A DNA stretch of 64,000 bases. It comes from Chiloscyllium plagiosum (taxonomy: Eukaryota). The notes under the pieces were generated by a model. That model saw nothing but the letters and a program-made list of their open reading frames with translations. It searched no databases and was not told where the DNA came from. The position numbers and the translations under genes were made by a program. The DNA is taken from positions 79,394,866 to 79,458,865 of the forward strand of contig NC_057711.1 of the NCBI RefSeq assembly GCF_004010195.1. Reading direction: 5' to 3'. Position 1 is the stretch's first letter. Each line of letters opens with the position of its first letter. Shown piece after piece: positions 12,720 to 24,957 of this stretch.

Positions 12720-14110
12720 AAACAGACATGACATTGAATGATAAGATGAGGGAAAAACAAAGTGCATTTAAAATAAAAGCAGGATGCTGAGAAAATAATT
12801 ATCAACCTGAAAGAGGATAAGTTCTCTGGTTCAGATGGATTCCACCCATATAATTTAAAAGCAAATAGGGAAGAGATAGAAAATGCATGACTGCTCATAT
12901 TTAATAACTCATTGGAAAATGTTTTGGGGGATTAGCTGATAGTTAATGTAATTCCTGTATTTAATAAGGGGAACAGAACAGTAATGTTCAAGGATTTGCT
13001 GACCTCTAAGCTTAACATCAGTGATAGGAAAAGTAATAGAATCCTTACCAAAGGAGATAATAGCACATCGAGAAATTAAAAACAAGACTAATAAGTATGA
13101 TCAGAGAATATGGAGATGGAGACAATTGATAGAATAGATAGCAATCTATTCTTTCAAACAGGGAGCAGTGAGTAGAAATAAAAAGTATTTATTCAGAGCA
13201 GCAGATGGTAGAATATAGTATGTACAAGGTTTCATGTGGGGACCACTGCTGTTCATAATTTAAATTAATAGTTTGGACATAATGTATTTTGAAATCAAAA
13301 ACAAAAAATTTCTTAATCCTTTGATGATACTAAATTGGGGGATAGTCAACACTGAGAATGACTCTAAGAAATTACAAGAGGACAGAAAAATATTTGCAAA
13401 GTAGACAAATAATTGATGAATGAAATTCAGCAAAATTAACTGTGAGGTGTATATTTTAAAAGGAAGAATAAAGAGGTCACTTAATTTTTTTTAAAAAGTT
13501 CCGATTTAGGTGGGATACAGTACAGTTGTATCATCAAAAGTTGTGCCACAGTTAGCCATAGGAAACCAAGCCAAACACCAGGCTTTACTTTTAAAAGGAT
13601 AACATTTTAAAAATTGGGAAGTTATGCTAAATCTGTTTGAACCTAGGTAAGACAAGTCCTGCATACAGTTTTGGTTGTAGAAGGATATAGAGGCACTGGA
13701 GAGGATGTAAAGACGACTTACAATGATGATCCCAGAAATACATGGGTATTTATATGTTGATATATCTGGAATGATTTAACATTCCCTCTTCTTTCTTGGA
13801 AAAAGTAGCCTATGAGGAGACCAAAATACAGCAGATGTCTTTAAAATTATGCAAGGTCATGATAGAATACATACAAAGAGAATGCTTCCTTATGTGAGGA
13901 AGAACATAACTAGTAGCCATCAAAAACATCTTCACCAAAACTTTTAATAGGAAACTTCGAAGAAATATATTCAAATTAAAGAATGGTAAATGTATAAAAC
14001 TCACTGTCACAGGAAATCTTAAAGTGAGTAGTGTGGCTACATATATGGGGGAGCTAAACAAGATATTACGGTGAGGGGATTAGATGGTCACATTGGTGGA
14101 TTTAGATGAG
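12720..14110 (+). mobile_element. Highly degraded CR1-like LINE, RT region and C-terminus
   Basis: Remnants such as LKEDKFSGSDGFHP and FDDTKLG, with many stops and indels. Confidence 0.65.
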
Positions 14111-15100
14111 AAACATAGAAAATAGGTGCAATTTGGTTCTTCGAGCCTGCACCACCTTTCAATATCTTCAAGGCTGATCATGCAGTATGTGGAGGTGATG
14201 GCCTAGTGGTATTATCGCTGGACTGTTAATCCAGAGACCCAGGTAATGCTTAAGGGACCAGGGTTAAAATCCCAACATAGTAGATGGGGAATTGGAATTC
14301 AATTTAAGAAAATGTGGAATTAAAACTCTATTGTGGTCATGAGCTCATTGCCAATTGTTGGGAAAAACCCACTTGGTTCATCAATGTCCTTTAGGGAAGG
14401 ACACTTCTGTCTTCATCTGGTCAGCTTACATGTGAGTCCAGACCCACAACCATGCAGTCGACTTTTAACTGGCCCTAGGGATGGGCAATAACTGCTGGCC
14501 TAGCCAGCAATGCCCTCATCCCATGAATGATTTTTTAAAAATCTGCAACCCACTCCCTTTGATCCCTGTCCATACACTTTGATCTCTCAAGGGCCACACC
14601 CAGCTTCATCCCAAATATTTCTAACGAACTGGCCCCAACAGCTGTCTGTCATAGATAATTCACAACTCTGAGTGAAGAAATTCTTCCTCATCTTAGTCCT
14701 GAATAGCTTACCCCTTATTATTAGACTGTAACCCCTAGTTCTGGACTTCCCCAACATCAGGAACATTCTTCCCACATCTAGCTTGTTCAGTGCCATCAGT
14801 ATTTTATATTTTTTTAAAAGTGAGATTCCCCCTCATTCTTATAAATTCCAGTGACTACAAACTCAATCTTTCTTCATATGTCAGTCCTGCCATCCTAGGA
14901 ATCAGTCTGGTGAACCTTCACTGGATTCCCTCAATAGCAAGAATATCCTTCCTTAGACTAGGAGACCAAAACTACAGACAATGCTCAAGATGTGGCCTCA
15001 CCAGGGCCCTGTACAGGGCCCTGTATAACTGCAGTAAGACATCCCTATTCCTATACTCAAATCCTCTTGCTATGTAGGCCAGTATGCCATTAGCTTTCCG
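14111..15100 (-). mobile_element. CR1-like LINE 3' fragment containing a SINE insertion
   Basis: Tail at about 14111 (plus strand AAACATAGAAAATAGG). Minus-strand peptide GKSRTRGYSLIIRGKLFRTKMRKNFFTQ. Confidence 0.8.
14191..14541 (+). mobile_element. tRNA-headed SINE-like element of a second family, with LINE-derived tail
   Basis: A box TGGCCTAGTGG (14199-14209), B-box-like GGTTAAAATCC (about 14262), and tail GGGATGGGCAATAACTGCTGGCCTAGCCAGCAATGCCCTCATCCCATGAATGA. A 5'-truncated copy lies at about 60850-61015. Confidence 0.75.
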
Positions 15101-16757
15101 CACCTCGAAGAAAGAAGGATGCTTGAATGGAGCATAAACCTTTTTCTATGCCATATATTCATAGCTAAGCCTTTTGTCGTTCAGTCAGTGAAGTCATTAA
15201 TGCCACCTTAGTTCATATACATTCACGAGGTTCCTGACAACGAAAGACAGTATGGAGAGCCTCTTTTATTCAAAATGAAATTTCCAGCATCAGTTGCACA
15301 TAAGCAATCATAAGTGCAAAAACTGGTTGATCATTTCCTTCTTTGAAGGAGAGGTTTCAAATTTCACACACAACCATAAGACAAATTAAGGCATTTTGGA
15401 AAAGTAAGAGCAAAAGTAATTTTAAAAAGTGACACCTAGAAAGTAAAACGTCAGCATTTTGGATATTTGGTCAGCGCTGAATAGATAGAGATTTGCTTTT
15501 AAAAGTCAAAGCGGAGGGTAGCAGAAAGTTAAATAAGCTTGGACTTAGTTCGATGACACAAGTCAGTGGTTGCAAAGAAGTTAACAGTAGTTGTTTATGG
15601 ATGGTGCAAGACAGATTAGAGCGATATACCCAGACAATGGCTTTAAAAGTAGGATTAGCTACAAGCAGAACAAGTATGAACCAGAGGCAGTGAGTTCAAT
15701 CAGACTGATCCGACACGTACTTTGCTAATATTGACGAACTCTGCACAATGTGGAAATTCAACACGAATTTTATGATCTATAATTTCTCCTACATTAGACT
15801 GTATCGTTGCCCATTAGGATATGTCATAGGTTAGTCTTAACTATGATGCTTATATGATGATGCAGGATAATGGCTGTGAATGTTATTCTTTTGCTAGCAG
15901 AAGACTATTTTAAACATTGTTCTGACTGGAACGCTCTATCCACATGTCTTGCATTGTTATTACACACAATATAGAATGTCACATTTCAGTGAGGTTTTTG
16001 CAATGTTCATGATTAATTCTAAGTATTTATTTGAATAACCAATTGATGGATGGATAGCTTCAAAACAAATTTTTTTTATTGAAATATTAATCAAATCTGA
16101 GACATGTATGATCTATAATTGGAAAACTAAAAGCTCAAGGGTTGTCAAAGTAACTGAAATTACTTTACAATAGCTAAAATTGAAGGCTGATTACATTGTT
16201 GGACACTTAAGCAAAAGGCTATTTTGATGTCTCTAATATTGCTGTCAATGTTTTGTTATCATGCTGTTCAACAAAGTTTATTTATTACAGAAAAATATTT
16301 ATGCTGCAGAATTTTCTGATGCAGTACGGTCCTCACTGTGCACTGTTGCTGGGCCTGCATGGTTTTTCTGGTGCTGTCAACTACTGAAAGATTGTTAATT
16401 AATGCGTGAGCAACAATTAAAATAAATTCTCAACAATTTCTCAGTTAAATTTGGTTTAAAGGGTAGAAAGCTTTTATGCATGAATAGTAAGCAATCAGAA
16501 AGGTAATTGTCATGTATTCTTTTATTGCAAGGGGATTGAAATACAAAAATAAATAAATCTTACTATACTTCTATATGGCTTTCATAGGATCACATGTAAA
16601 GCAATGTACTTAGGTCTCTGTATTTAAGGAATGATATACTTTCACTGGGTGTGATACAGTGGAGGTTCATTAGCTTAGTTTCTGGAATGATTAGTGGTTG
16701 ACTACATTAAGCCCAGGCAGCATCCGAGGACAGATGAGGGAGGAGCTGTGGGCACAG

Positions 16758-17251
16758 GTGTTACACCTCCATCCAAGGCCCTAAAGGAGCCTTCCACATC
16801 CATCAAAGTTTTACCTGCACATCCACTAATATCATTTATTGTTTCCGTTGCTCCCGATGCGGTCTCCTCTACATCGGGGAGACTGGGCGCCTCCTAGCAG
16901 AGGCTTTAGGGAACATCTCCGAGACACCCGCACCAATCAACCAAACCGCCCCGTGGCCCAACATTTCAACTCCCCCTCCCACCCTGCCGAGGATATGGAG
17001 GTGCTGGGCCTCCTCCACCACCGCTCCCTCACCACCAGAAGAACGCCTCATCTTCCGCCTCGGAACACTTCAACCCCAGGGCATCAATGTGGACTTCAAC
17101 AGCTTCCTCATTTCCCCTTCCCCCACCTCACCCTAGTTCCAAACTTCCAGCTCAGCACTGTCCCCATGACTTGTCCGGACTTGTCCTACCTGCCTATCTC
17201 CTTTTCCACCTATCCACTCCACCCTCTCCTCCCTGACCTATCACCTTCATC
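16758..17251 (+). mobile_element. Penelope-like element fragment (GIY-YIG endonuclease region)
   Basis: Translates FTCTSTNIIYCFRCSRCGLLYIGETGR, the GIY-YIG motif with CxxC spacer typical of PLEs. Runs into the assembly gap. Confidence 0.85.
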
Positions 17252-17412
17252 NNNNNNNNNNNNNNNNNNNNNNNNNNNNNNNNNNNNNNNNNNNNNNNNN
17301 NNNNNNNNNNNNNNNNNNNNNNNNNNNNNNNNNNNNNNNNNNNNNNNNNNNNNNNNNNNNNNNNNNNNNNNNNNNNNNNNNNNNNNNNNNNNNNNNNNNN
17401 NNNNNNNNNNNN
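17252..17412. other. Assembly gap (161 N)
   Basis: Run of N. Confidence 1.
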
Positions 17413-18122
17413 CACAAGAGGTGTAAAACCTGCAAACACAACTCCCCTCCTCATCTCCATCCAAAGCCTCAAAAGATCCTTCGACATCCAGCAGAAATTT
17501 TCCTGCACATCCAAATACCTCATCTACTGTGTCCGTTGCTCTCGATGTGATCTTCTCGACATTGGGGAGACAGGACTCCAACTCCCGGAACGTTTCAGGC
17601 AACAACTCTGGAACACAGGCACCAAATAATCCCACTGCCGAACACTTCAACTCCCCCCGCTCACTCGGCCATGGACATGCAAGTCCTGGGCCTCCTCCAC
17701 TGCTAAATCCAAGCCACCCGATGCCTGGAGGAAGAATGCCTCATCTTCCAACTTGGGACCCTCCAAACACATGGAATCAATGTCGATTTCCTCATCTCCC
17801 CTCCCCCCACCTTATCCCAGATCCAACCCTCCACTGCCCTCTTGAGCTGTCCTACCTGTCCATCTTCCTTCTCATCTACCTTTCCACCCTAGCTCCGACC
17901 AATCAGCATCTCCCTACTTGTATCTACCTATCGCTTTCCTTGCTACCTCCCCCCTGCCCCCACTCTCACCCCAACCCTCCTATTTATCTCTCAGCCCTCT
18001 TCCCACTTTCCCCCCCAACCCCTCCACATTCTTGATGAAGGACTTATGCCCAAAATATCGATTCTCCTGCTCCTCAGATGCTGCCTGATCTGCTGTGCTT
18101 TTCCAGCACCACACTTTTCGAC
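17413..18122 (+). mobile_element. Penelope-like element 3' fragment with degenerate hammerhead motif
   Basis: Translates FSCTSKYLIYCVRCSRCDLLDIGETG. Terminal region TTGATGAAGGACTTATGCCCAAAATATC at about 18032-18059. Confidence 0.85.
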
Positions 18123-20094
18123 TATGTCAGCATTGCAGAGTTAGTTGATCTAAGACTGAAGCAGGGACAAGTTTCTTCACTGAAAGGTTCATGAAACTTG
18201 GTAATTGTATGCCCACAGAGGACAATGGATGCTCCATCATTGAGCTATTTAAAGCTGAAATTGGGTAGACAGATTTTCAATATCTCAGGAAATAAACAGA
18301 AATGGGGACCAGGCAGGAAAATGGAATTGTAGGGTAAGATCAGCCATGTATTGAATGGTAGAGCAAACATAATAGGTCATATCCACCTCCTGCTGTTATT
18401 TCTTCTTAGGTGTCCTGAGACACATACAACTACCTACTTCCAAGTGTCAGCAAATATCATTCTGTAATGGGTTGTATTGTACAAAGTGTGCGAGGAGTCT
18501 CACCTTTCAACTTTCTTTCTATCCCTATGTACTTGATTTTTGCTGGAAGCACAGTTGAGATCAAGAACCTTTCATGTGCAAGTGGAGAAATGGAGTCTTG
18601 CCTGTTTGTTATCTCAGTATGTTAGGAATTCTGTGTTACAGTACTTCAGAAACTACTATAAAAATGGAAAAATCTTAGCTTTCCCAATCAATGAATAACA
18701 CGAAATTTTCATTGGCTGTAAGTATTCAGCAAGACTAATGCTTATTGTTGTGTAATATAGATCGCGAAATAGGAAAACAGTGAGGTGTAGAGCACTCTAC
18801 AACAAGAGCACTCCATGACAAGTTATAGTTTATGATTTATATATACACATGTAAAACTAACTGCATATCGAGCACTTCATGATAGTCATGGGATTAGAAG
18901 TGGGAAGGAGGGAGAACAGTAGTTATGGGATCGCTACTGGGAGAGGATGAGGGTGAAAGGGAGGTAGTGAAGAGCTCAAAAGAGGAGTGAGGAGAGGGAT
19001 GTCTCAAGGTGATTGGAGAGTGAAGCAAAGAGAGGAACATAAGGAGGGGAAACTAGAAGGGAGCTAGGGAGGATGCAAGCGAGACGACAAGAGGGAAGGA
19101 GAGAGGGGGTCAGGAGTGAGAAGAAATGAGAGAGTCAGCTAAAGAAATGTTGAGTGTAAAGACCACATATTTTTATTTTGCTGTGTCACTGATCTTTACA
19201 TTGGGGAAAAATAACTGTTTTAAAAGCCAAGAATTGTTGAAGGATTACTGCACTTTTTTAAAAAAAGTGAGTACCTGACAATTATTGTAAATACTGTTTA
19301 CAGAGCTGCTGGTTCAAGCAGTGAGGAAAACCTAGTTCAGGGTGAGCTGGTGCCAGGAGGTCACATACGAATAGAGATGTGGCCGACAACAAGTATTTGA
19401 TTGGTCTGTGAACTAGTGACTTGTTGCTGATAAAGGCTCCTGTCTACCAACAATTATGGGATTGATTCCAGGTAGCCGAACAAATTGGGGATGGGAATTT
19501 TTGGGCAGAAGCAATTGGATCTTTGGAAGGGAAGGAACTGGGTTTCAGCTCTGAAGTAAAAGCCATCTGAAGGTAGCTATTTACTTTGACTATCAGTTGT
19601 TGCGAGCTGTGATTTTTCATTAATAAGTCAGAGATCTTTATAAGAATGCGCCAGTCGCCCTGGGGTGCCTCCTGTAAACAAATGAAAGTATCTGGTGAAA
19701 GAAGATCAAGAAATAGCATTGTGATCTGTAAAATAATCATCTCGACAATTCCTTGGGGTGGGGGAGGAGGTCACTGAACTCTTTTCCCAGTCTTTCCCTC
19801 TGCCTGTAACACCCATATTTTTGGGTCTGTCTATTTGTGTACAGAGAAGGAGCTTCAAAAGTGGTCAGAGTTTTAATTACTCAAATTATATGTAGGTGGG
19901 TTCATAATTGCTTATCTGTAGCTAGATTCTACTGATTTGTAACACATACTAATTATTGTTAAGTACAGAAACCTGATCCATGCTTTCTGTCAATCTGGAT
20001 CAAAAAGAAAGGTAAATTAGGAAATGTTGTATATGTTCTTCAAAAAAAAATATTTGTGACAATTTCAGGAACATTCTAGTCAGTAAAAAAGCTA

Positions 20095-22010
20095 AAATTA
20101 AATGGTTAATGATGACCATGAAACCGATATCGATGGTTATAAAAATGCATCTGGGGTTCACTCATGTCCTCTAGAAGAGGAGAATTGTCACCTTTATCTG
20201 GTTTCAAAAATTCTTAAAAACTGAATGAAACCAGATGGAGAAATTGGCACTGACCTGAAACAATGACAGCAACTCAGCTCTGTTGACCCTGCCATATCCT
20301 CCTCACTACCATCATGCCACCAGTGAGAAAGCTGTCTCACAGACTAATCAAGTAATTTGGTTACATTATCACACTTAGAGTTGTGCCTTACAAGACCATG
20401 TCCAAGGTAACACCATTATTTCTGGGTATATTCTGTCCCATTGGCAAGACAGGCCCAGCAGATATGGTGGTTCACTGGTACACTGTAAGGAGGGTGCTCC
20501 TCTGGCAGTCATCAAGATCGATTTCCATGAAGTCAGAGCAGCCCTACACAGTGTGGAAACAGGCCATTTTGCCTAACAAATTCACACTGGCCCTCCGAAG
20601 AGTATCCCACCTACACCATTCCTCCACTCCACTACTCTATATTTCCCCTGACTAATGCACCTAGCTACACATTTCTCAACACTATGGGCAATTTAGCATG
20701 GCCAATTCACCTAACATGCACATCTTTGGACTGTAGGAGGAAACCAGAGCACCCGGAGGAAACCCGCACAGATACAGGGACAATGTGCAAACTCCACACA
20801 GACAGCTACCCAAGGCTGGAATCGAACCCAGGTTGCTGGTGCTGAAAGGCAGCAGTGCTAACCACTGAGCCACCATGCCAATAGGTTTAAAACTGGCAAG
20901 AAACCTCTTGCTGATTACCATACACAACTTCATCAACTGATGAATCAGTTCTCCTCTTGAACACCACTTAATAGATGGACTCAGGGTGACAAGGATGCAA
21001 AATGAACTCTAGGTAGGAGACTTCAGTAGCCAACGTCAAAAGTAGCTTGGCAGCATCACAACTGACTGAGCTGGTCGAGTCTAAAAGGACATAGCTGCTA
21101 GTCTGGGTCTGTGACAAGTGGTGGGATAAATGACAAGCGATTTAAAAAAAAAAACACACTTGATTTCATCCTCACTAATCTGCCTGTCAAGATGCATCAG
21201 TCTTTGAAAGTATCAGTAGGAGTGACCACTGGCCAGTTCTTGTGGAGGTCAAGTCTGGTCTGCACATAGAGGATATCCTCTATCATGTTGTGTCATACTA
21301 CCACCTGCTAAATAAAATAGATTTTCAACCAACCTAGCAACTCAAGATTGAGCATTCATGAGGCACTGTGGGCTATCAGCAGCAGCAGAGTTGTACCCCA
21401 ACACAACCTGCAACCTCATGGTCCAGCATTTTCTTCACATTGCAATCCCCAAGTCCTGGGATCAACCCTCATTCAATGAAGGGCATACCAGAAGCAGTGC
21501 CAGGCATACATAAAAATGAGGTGTCAACCTGGTGAAGCTATAATACAGAACGACCTGCTTGCCACATAATACATGCCACAAGTGATAGACAAGGCGAGGT
21601 TATTCCATGGATTAGATCTAAGTTGTGTATTTCTGTCTTTTCCAATTTGTGAATTGTGGACTATCCAACAACTCACTGAAGAAGGAGGATCCACAAATAT
21701 CCCCATCTTCAATGAGAGAGCCTAATGAATCAGCACAAAAGAAAAGCCAGAAATGTTTGCAACAACCTGCAGCTGAAGTTCCAAGTGGATGATCCATCTT
21801 GGCCTCATCCAGAGGAATGCTTTCAACACAAATGCCAGTTTCCAGCCAATGCAATTTGCTCTACATATTATAAAGAAGCAACTGAAGGATTTGGATCCTG
21901 GAAGTGGGGTGTGCCTGGACAACGTTTCCTGAAGACCTCAGCTTCAGAACTGCTGAACCTTAGCCAAGTTGTTCACATACAGCAAAACATTAGCATCTAA
22001 CCAACAATGT
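20095..22010 (+). mobile_element. LINE of the CR1/L2 group: 5' region and endonuclease domain, interrupted by a SINE
   Basis: APE motifs VGDFS (about 21013), LDFILTNLP (about 21159) and SRSDHWPVLVE (about 21215). Confidence 0.75.
20540..20879 (-). mobile_element. V-SINE (HE1-like variant)
   Basis: Reverse complement begins GGCATGGTGGCTCAGTGGTTAGCACTGCTGCC and has B box GGTTCGATTCC and the V-domain. Confidence 0.9.
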
Positions 22011-22014
22011 GGAT

Positions 22015-22835
22015 TTAAAAAATATATATACATGGGATATGAGCTTCACTGGTTCAACCAGCATCCATTGCTCATTCTTGATTGACCTTGCGAAGGTGGT
22101 GCTGAGCTAAGATATATTTACGGCGATATATTTACAAATCAGGATGGTAAATGGCTTGTCGGAGAACTCGAAGCTGGTGGACTACCGAAGGGCTGGCTGC
22201 CCTTGTCCTGCTAAATGATAGTGGCTATGAGTTTGGGGGGAGTGCTCTAGATGCCTTGGTGAATTTCTGCACTGCAAATGGTACACACTTATGCTACTGT
22301 GTGTCAGTGGTGAAAAGAGTTAATGTTTGAGAATGTGCTGCAAATCAAGAGAGTGGTTTGGTCTGAAATAGTGTCAAGTTTCTCGAGTGTTGTTGGAGCT
22401 ACACCCATCCAGGAGAGTATACCATCACATTCTTGATTTGTGCTTTGTAGATAGTTGGCAGGCTTTGGAAAGTCAAGAGCAACTTTCCTTCTAACCTCCA
22501 TGTGCTTACAGGGAATGCTGGTCAGGAGATGATTTACTTACTGTAGAACTCTATGACCAGTCCAGTTCAGTTTCTGCTTAATATGTTAATAGTGGGGGAT
22601 TCAGCAATAAGCCAAAACATGATGGGGTGATTTGTAATTACTTGGCAATTTTGAGGCAACAATGTACTCACCACTTGTAAGCCCAAGTTTGGATATTGTC
22701 CAGGCTTTGCTTCATTTGGGCATGTACTATTTCAGTATCTGAGGAGACATGATTGACCTTGAATAATGACAATGATGAACATCCCCACTTCTGACCTTGT
22801 CATTGAGGGAAGGTCATTGATGAAACAGCTTCAGT
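22015..22835 (-). mobile_element. 3' half of a LINE, probably the same family as 20095-22010
   Basis: Minus strand begins with SCFINDLPS..RSEVGMF (RT) and ends in the tail shared with 24880-24955. Confidence 0.7.
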
Positions 22836-23104
22836 AGTCTTATGAGGAGAGGTTATATAGGCGAGACTTGCAAATGCTGGAGTTTAGTACAATAAGAAGT
22901 GACTTGTTGTAACATCTATAATCCTGAGGAATCTTGACAGTATAGATAATGTAAAGGATGTTCCTTTTATGGGAGAATTGAGATTTATAGGTCAGTGTTT
23001 TAAAATAAGCGATTGCCCATTTAAAACGAAGGTGGATTTTTTTCCCCTCACAATACGTAATGTATCTTTGGAACTCAACCTGAAACGGAACTGAAAGCAG
23101 TGTC

Positions 23105-23840
23105 ATAGCATAATAGAGATGTACAGCATGGATACAGACCCTTTGGTCCAACCTGCCCATGCCAACCAGATATCCCAATCCAATCTAGTCCCACCTGCCA
23201 GCACCCAGCCCATATCCCTCCAAACCGTTCCTACTCATATACCCATCCAAATGCCTTTTAAATGTTGCAATTGTACCAGCCTCCATTACTTCCTCTGGCA
23301 GCTCATTCCATACACGTACCACCCTCTGTGTGAAAAATGTTGCCTCGTAGGTCTCTTTTATATCTTTCCCCTCTCACCCTAAACCTATGCCCTCTAGTTC
23401 TGGACTCCCCGACTCCAGGGAAAAGACTTTGCCTATTTACCCTATCCATGCCCCTCATAATTTTGTAAACCTCCCTAGGACCTTACTGTTAAGTGTAGAA
23501 GTCCTGCTAAGATTTGCTTTCTCAAAATGCAGCACCTTGCATTTATCTGAATTAAACTCCATCTGCCACTTCTCAGCCAATTGGCCCATCTGGTCAAGAT
23601 CCTGTTGTAATCTGAGGTAACCCTCTTCACTGTCCACTACACCTCCAATTTTGGTGTCATCTGCAAACTTACTAACTGTATCTCTTCTCACATCCAAATC
23701 ATTTATGTAAATGATAAAAAGTAGAGGACCTAGCACCGACCCTTGTGGCACTCCACTGGTCACAGGCCTCCAGTATGAAAAACAACCCTCCACCACCACC
23801 CTCTGTCTTCTACCTTTGAGCCAGCTCTGTATTCAAATAG
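23105..23840 (-). mobile_element. CR1-like LINE fragment: RT core joined to the 3' end by an internal deletion
   Basis: ORF 23455-23799 contains VTSGVPQGSVLGPLLFIIYINDLD...SKFADDTKIGG. Confidence 0.9.
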
Positions 23841-23874
23841 AAACGTGGATTTAGGGTTATAATCAGATCATTCA

Positions 23875-24152
23875 TGATTGGGTGCGGAAGGTTTGAGTTA
23901 TAAAAAAGGCTGGATAGCCTGAGACTTTTTTCACTGGAGTGTAGGAGTTTGAGAGGCGGTCTGATAGAAGTTCATCAAATAGTGAAACAATTACAATGTA
24001 TAAAAGACACTTGGATAGATACATGATTAGAAAAGGTTTGGAGGGATATCAGCCAGGAGCAAGCAGGTGGGACTACTTCAGTTTGGGATTATGTTTGGAA
24101 TGGACTGGTTGGACCGAAGGGTCTGTTTTTGTGCTGTATGACTCTAACTCTA
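23875..24152 (+). mobile_element. CR1-like 3' end
   Basis: Ends TTGGACCGAAGGGTCTGTTTTTGTGCTGTATGACTCTAACTCTATG. Confidence 0.75.
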
Positions 24153-24499
24153 TGGCAGTGCAGGCTCAGTGGGGATTGCAGGGAGGGGATTGGGAGATCC
24201 AAATGGCTTGGTGTTCTTTGCTTCTTGTTTGCATAAAGCAAATAACTTGGATTAAGTTACTTAATTAATGGAAAGGATTGATGCTAGTAGTGTAGTTGAT
24301 GTGCTTTATGTTAAAAAATAATATGATGATGTACCAATATAATATATTGGAAGGTATCATGAATGAGGCATGACAGTTATGAGACAGAAGTTGAAAATTT
24401 TCTATGTGTAGAACATGAAATGTTGACAGGACATGGAGCATAAAATCGTGAAAGCATTTAATAGAGTAAGCAAAGCGGACTTATTCCCACAGGTATGTG

Positions 24500-24957
24500 T
24501 TGTTAATTGAAGGACACCTTCCAAATATACCAATTTTACTCCACAGAAGGGTTAGGGCAGTACAGGCATGGTCACAACAATACAGGCAGGTTCACCTCCA
24601 AGGTAAAAACAATGATTGCAGACTCTGGAAACCAGATTCTGGATTAGTGGTGCTGGAAAATCACAGCAGTTCAGGCAGCATCCGAGGCGCAGTAAAATTG
24701 ACATTTCAGGCAAAAGTCCTTCACCTCCAAGCCATGTATCATCTTGACTTGAAACAACATTGCCACTTCTTTGCTGTTGTTAGCTCAAAATCTTGGAATT
24801 GCTTTCCTAACAGTACTGTGTGTGAACCAACTTCATATAGACTACAGCAATTCAAGAAAACTGCTCACTATCACCTCCTCAAGGGCAACTCAGGGTAGAT
24901 AACAAATTCTGGTCTAGCCAGCATTGCCCATATCCTGTGAAATAACATTTCAAAAAA
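24500..24957 (+). mobile_element. LINE 3' fragment containing a 117 bp PLE-derived insertion (24603-24719)
   Basis: LINE tail CACCTCCTCAAGGGCAACTCAGGG...CTAGCCAGCATTGCCCATATCC. The insertion is flanked by direct repeats TTCACCTCCAAG at 24591-24602 and 24720-24731. Confidence 0.8.

Noticed and set aside
15002..15023. Perfect 22 bp palindrome CAGGGCCCTGTACAGGGCCCTG
   Set aside because: Explained by a 12 bp slippage duplication of a self-complementary 10-mer inside a CR1 fragment.
18895..19140. Purine-rich GA tract
   Set aside because: Low-complexity sequence with no periodicity or other support for function.
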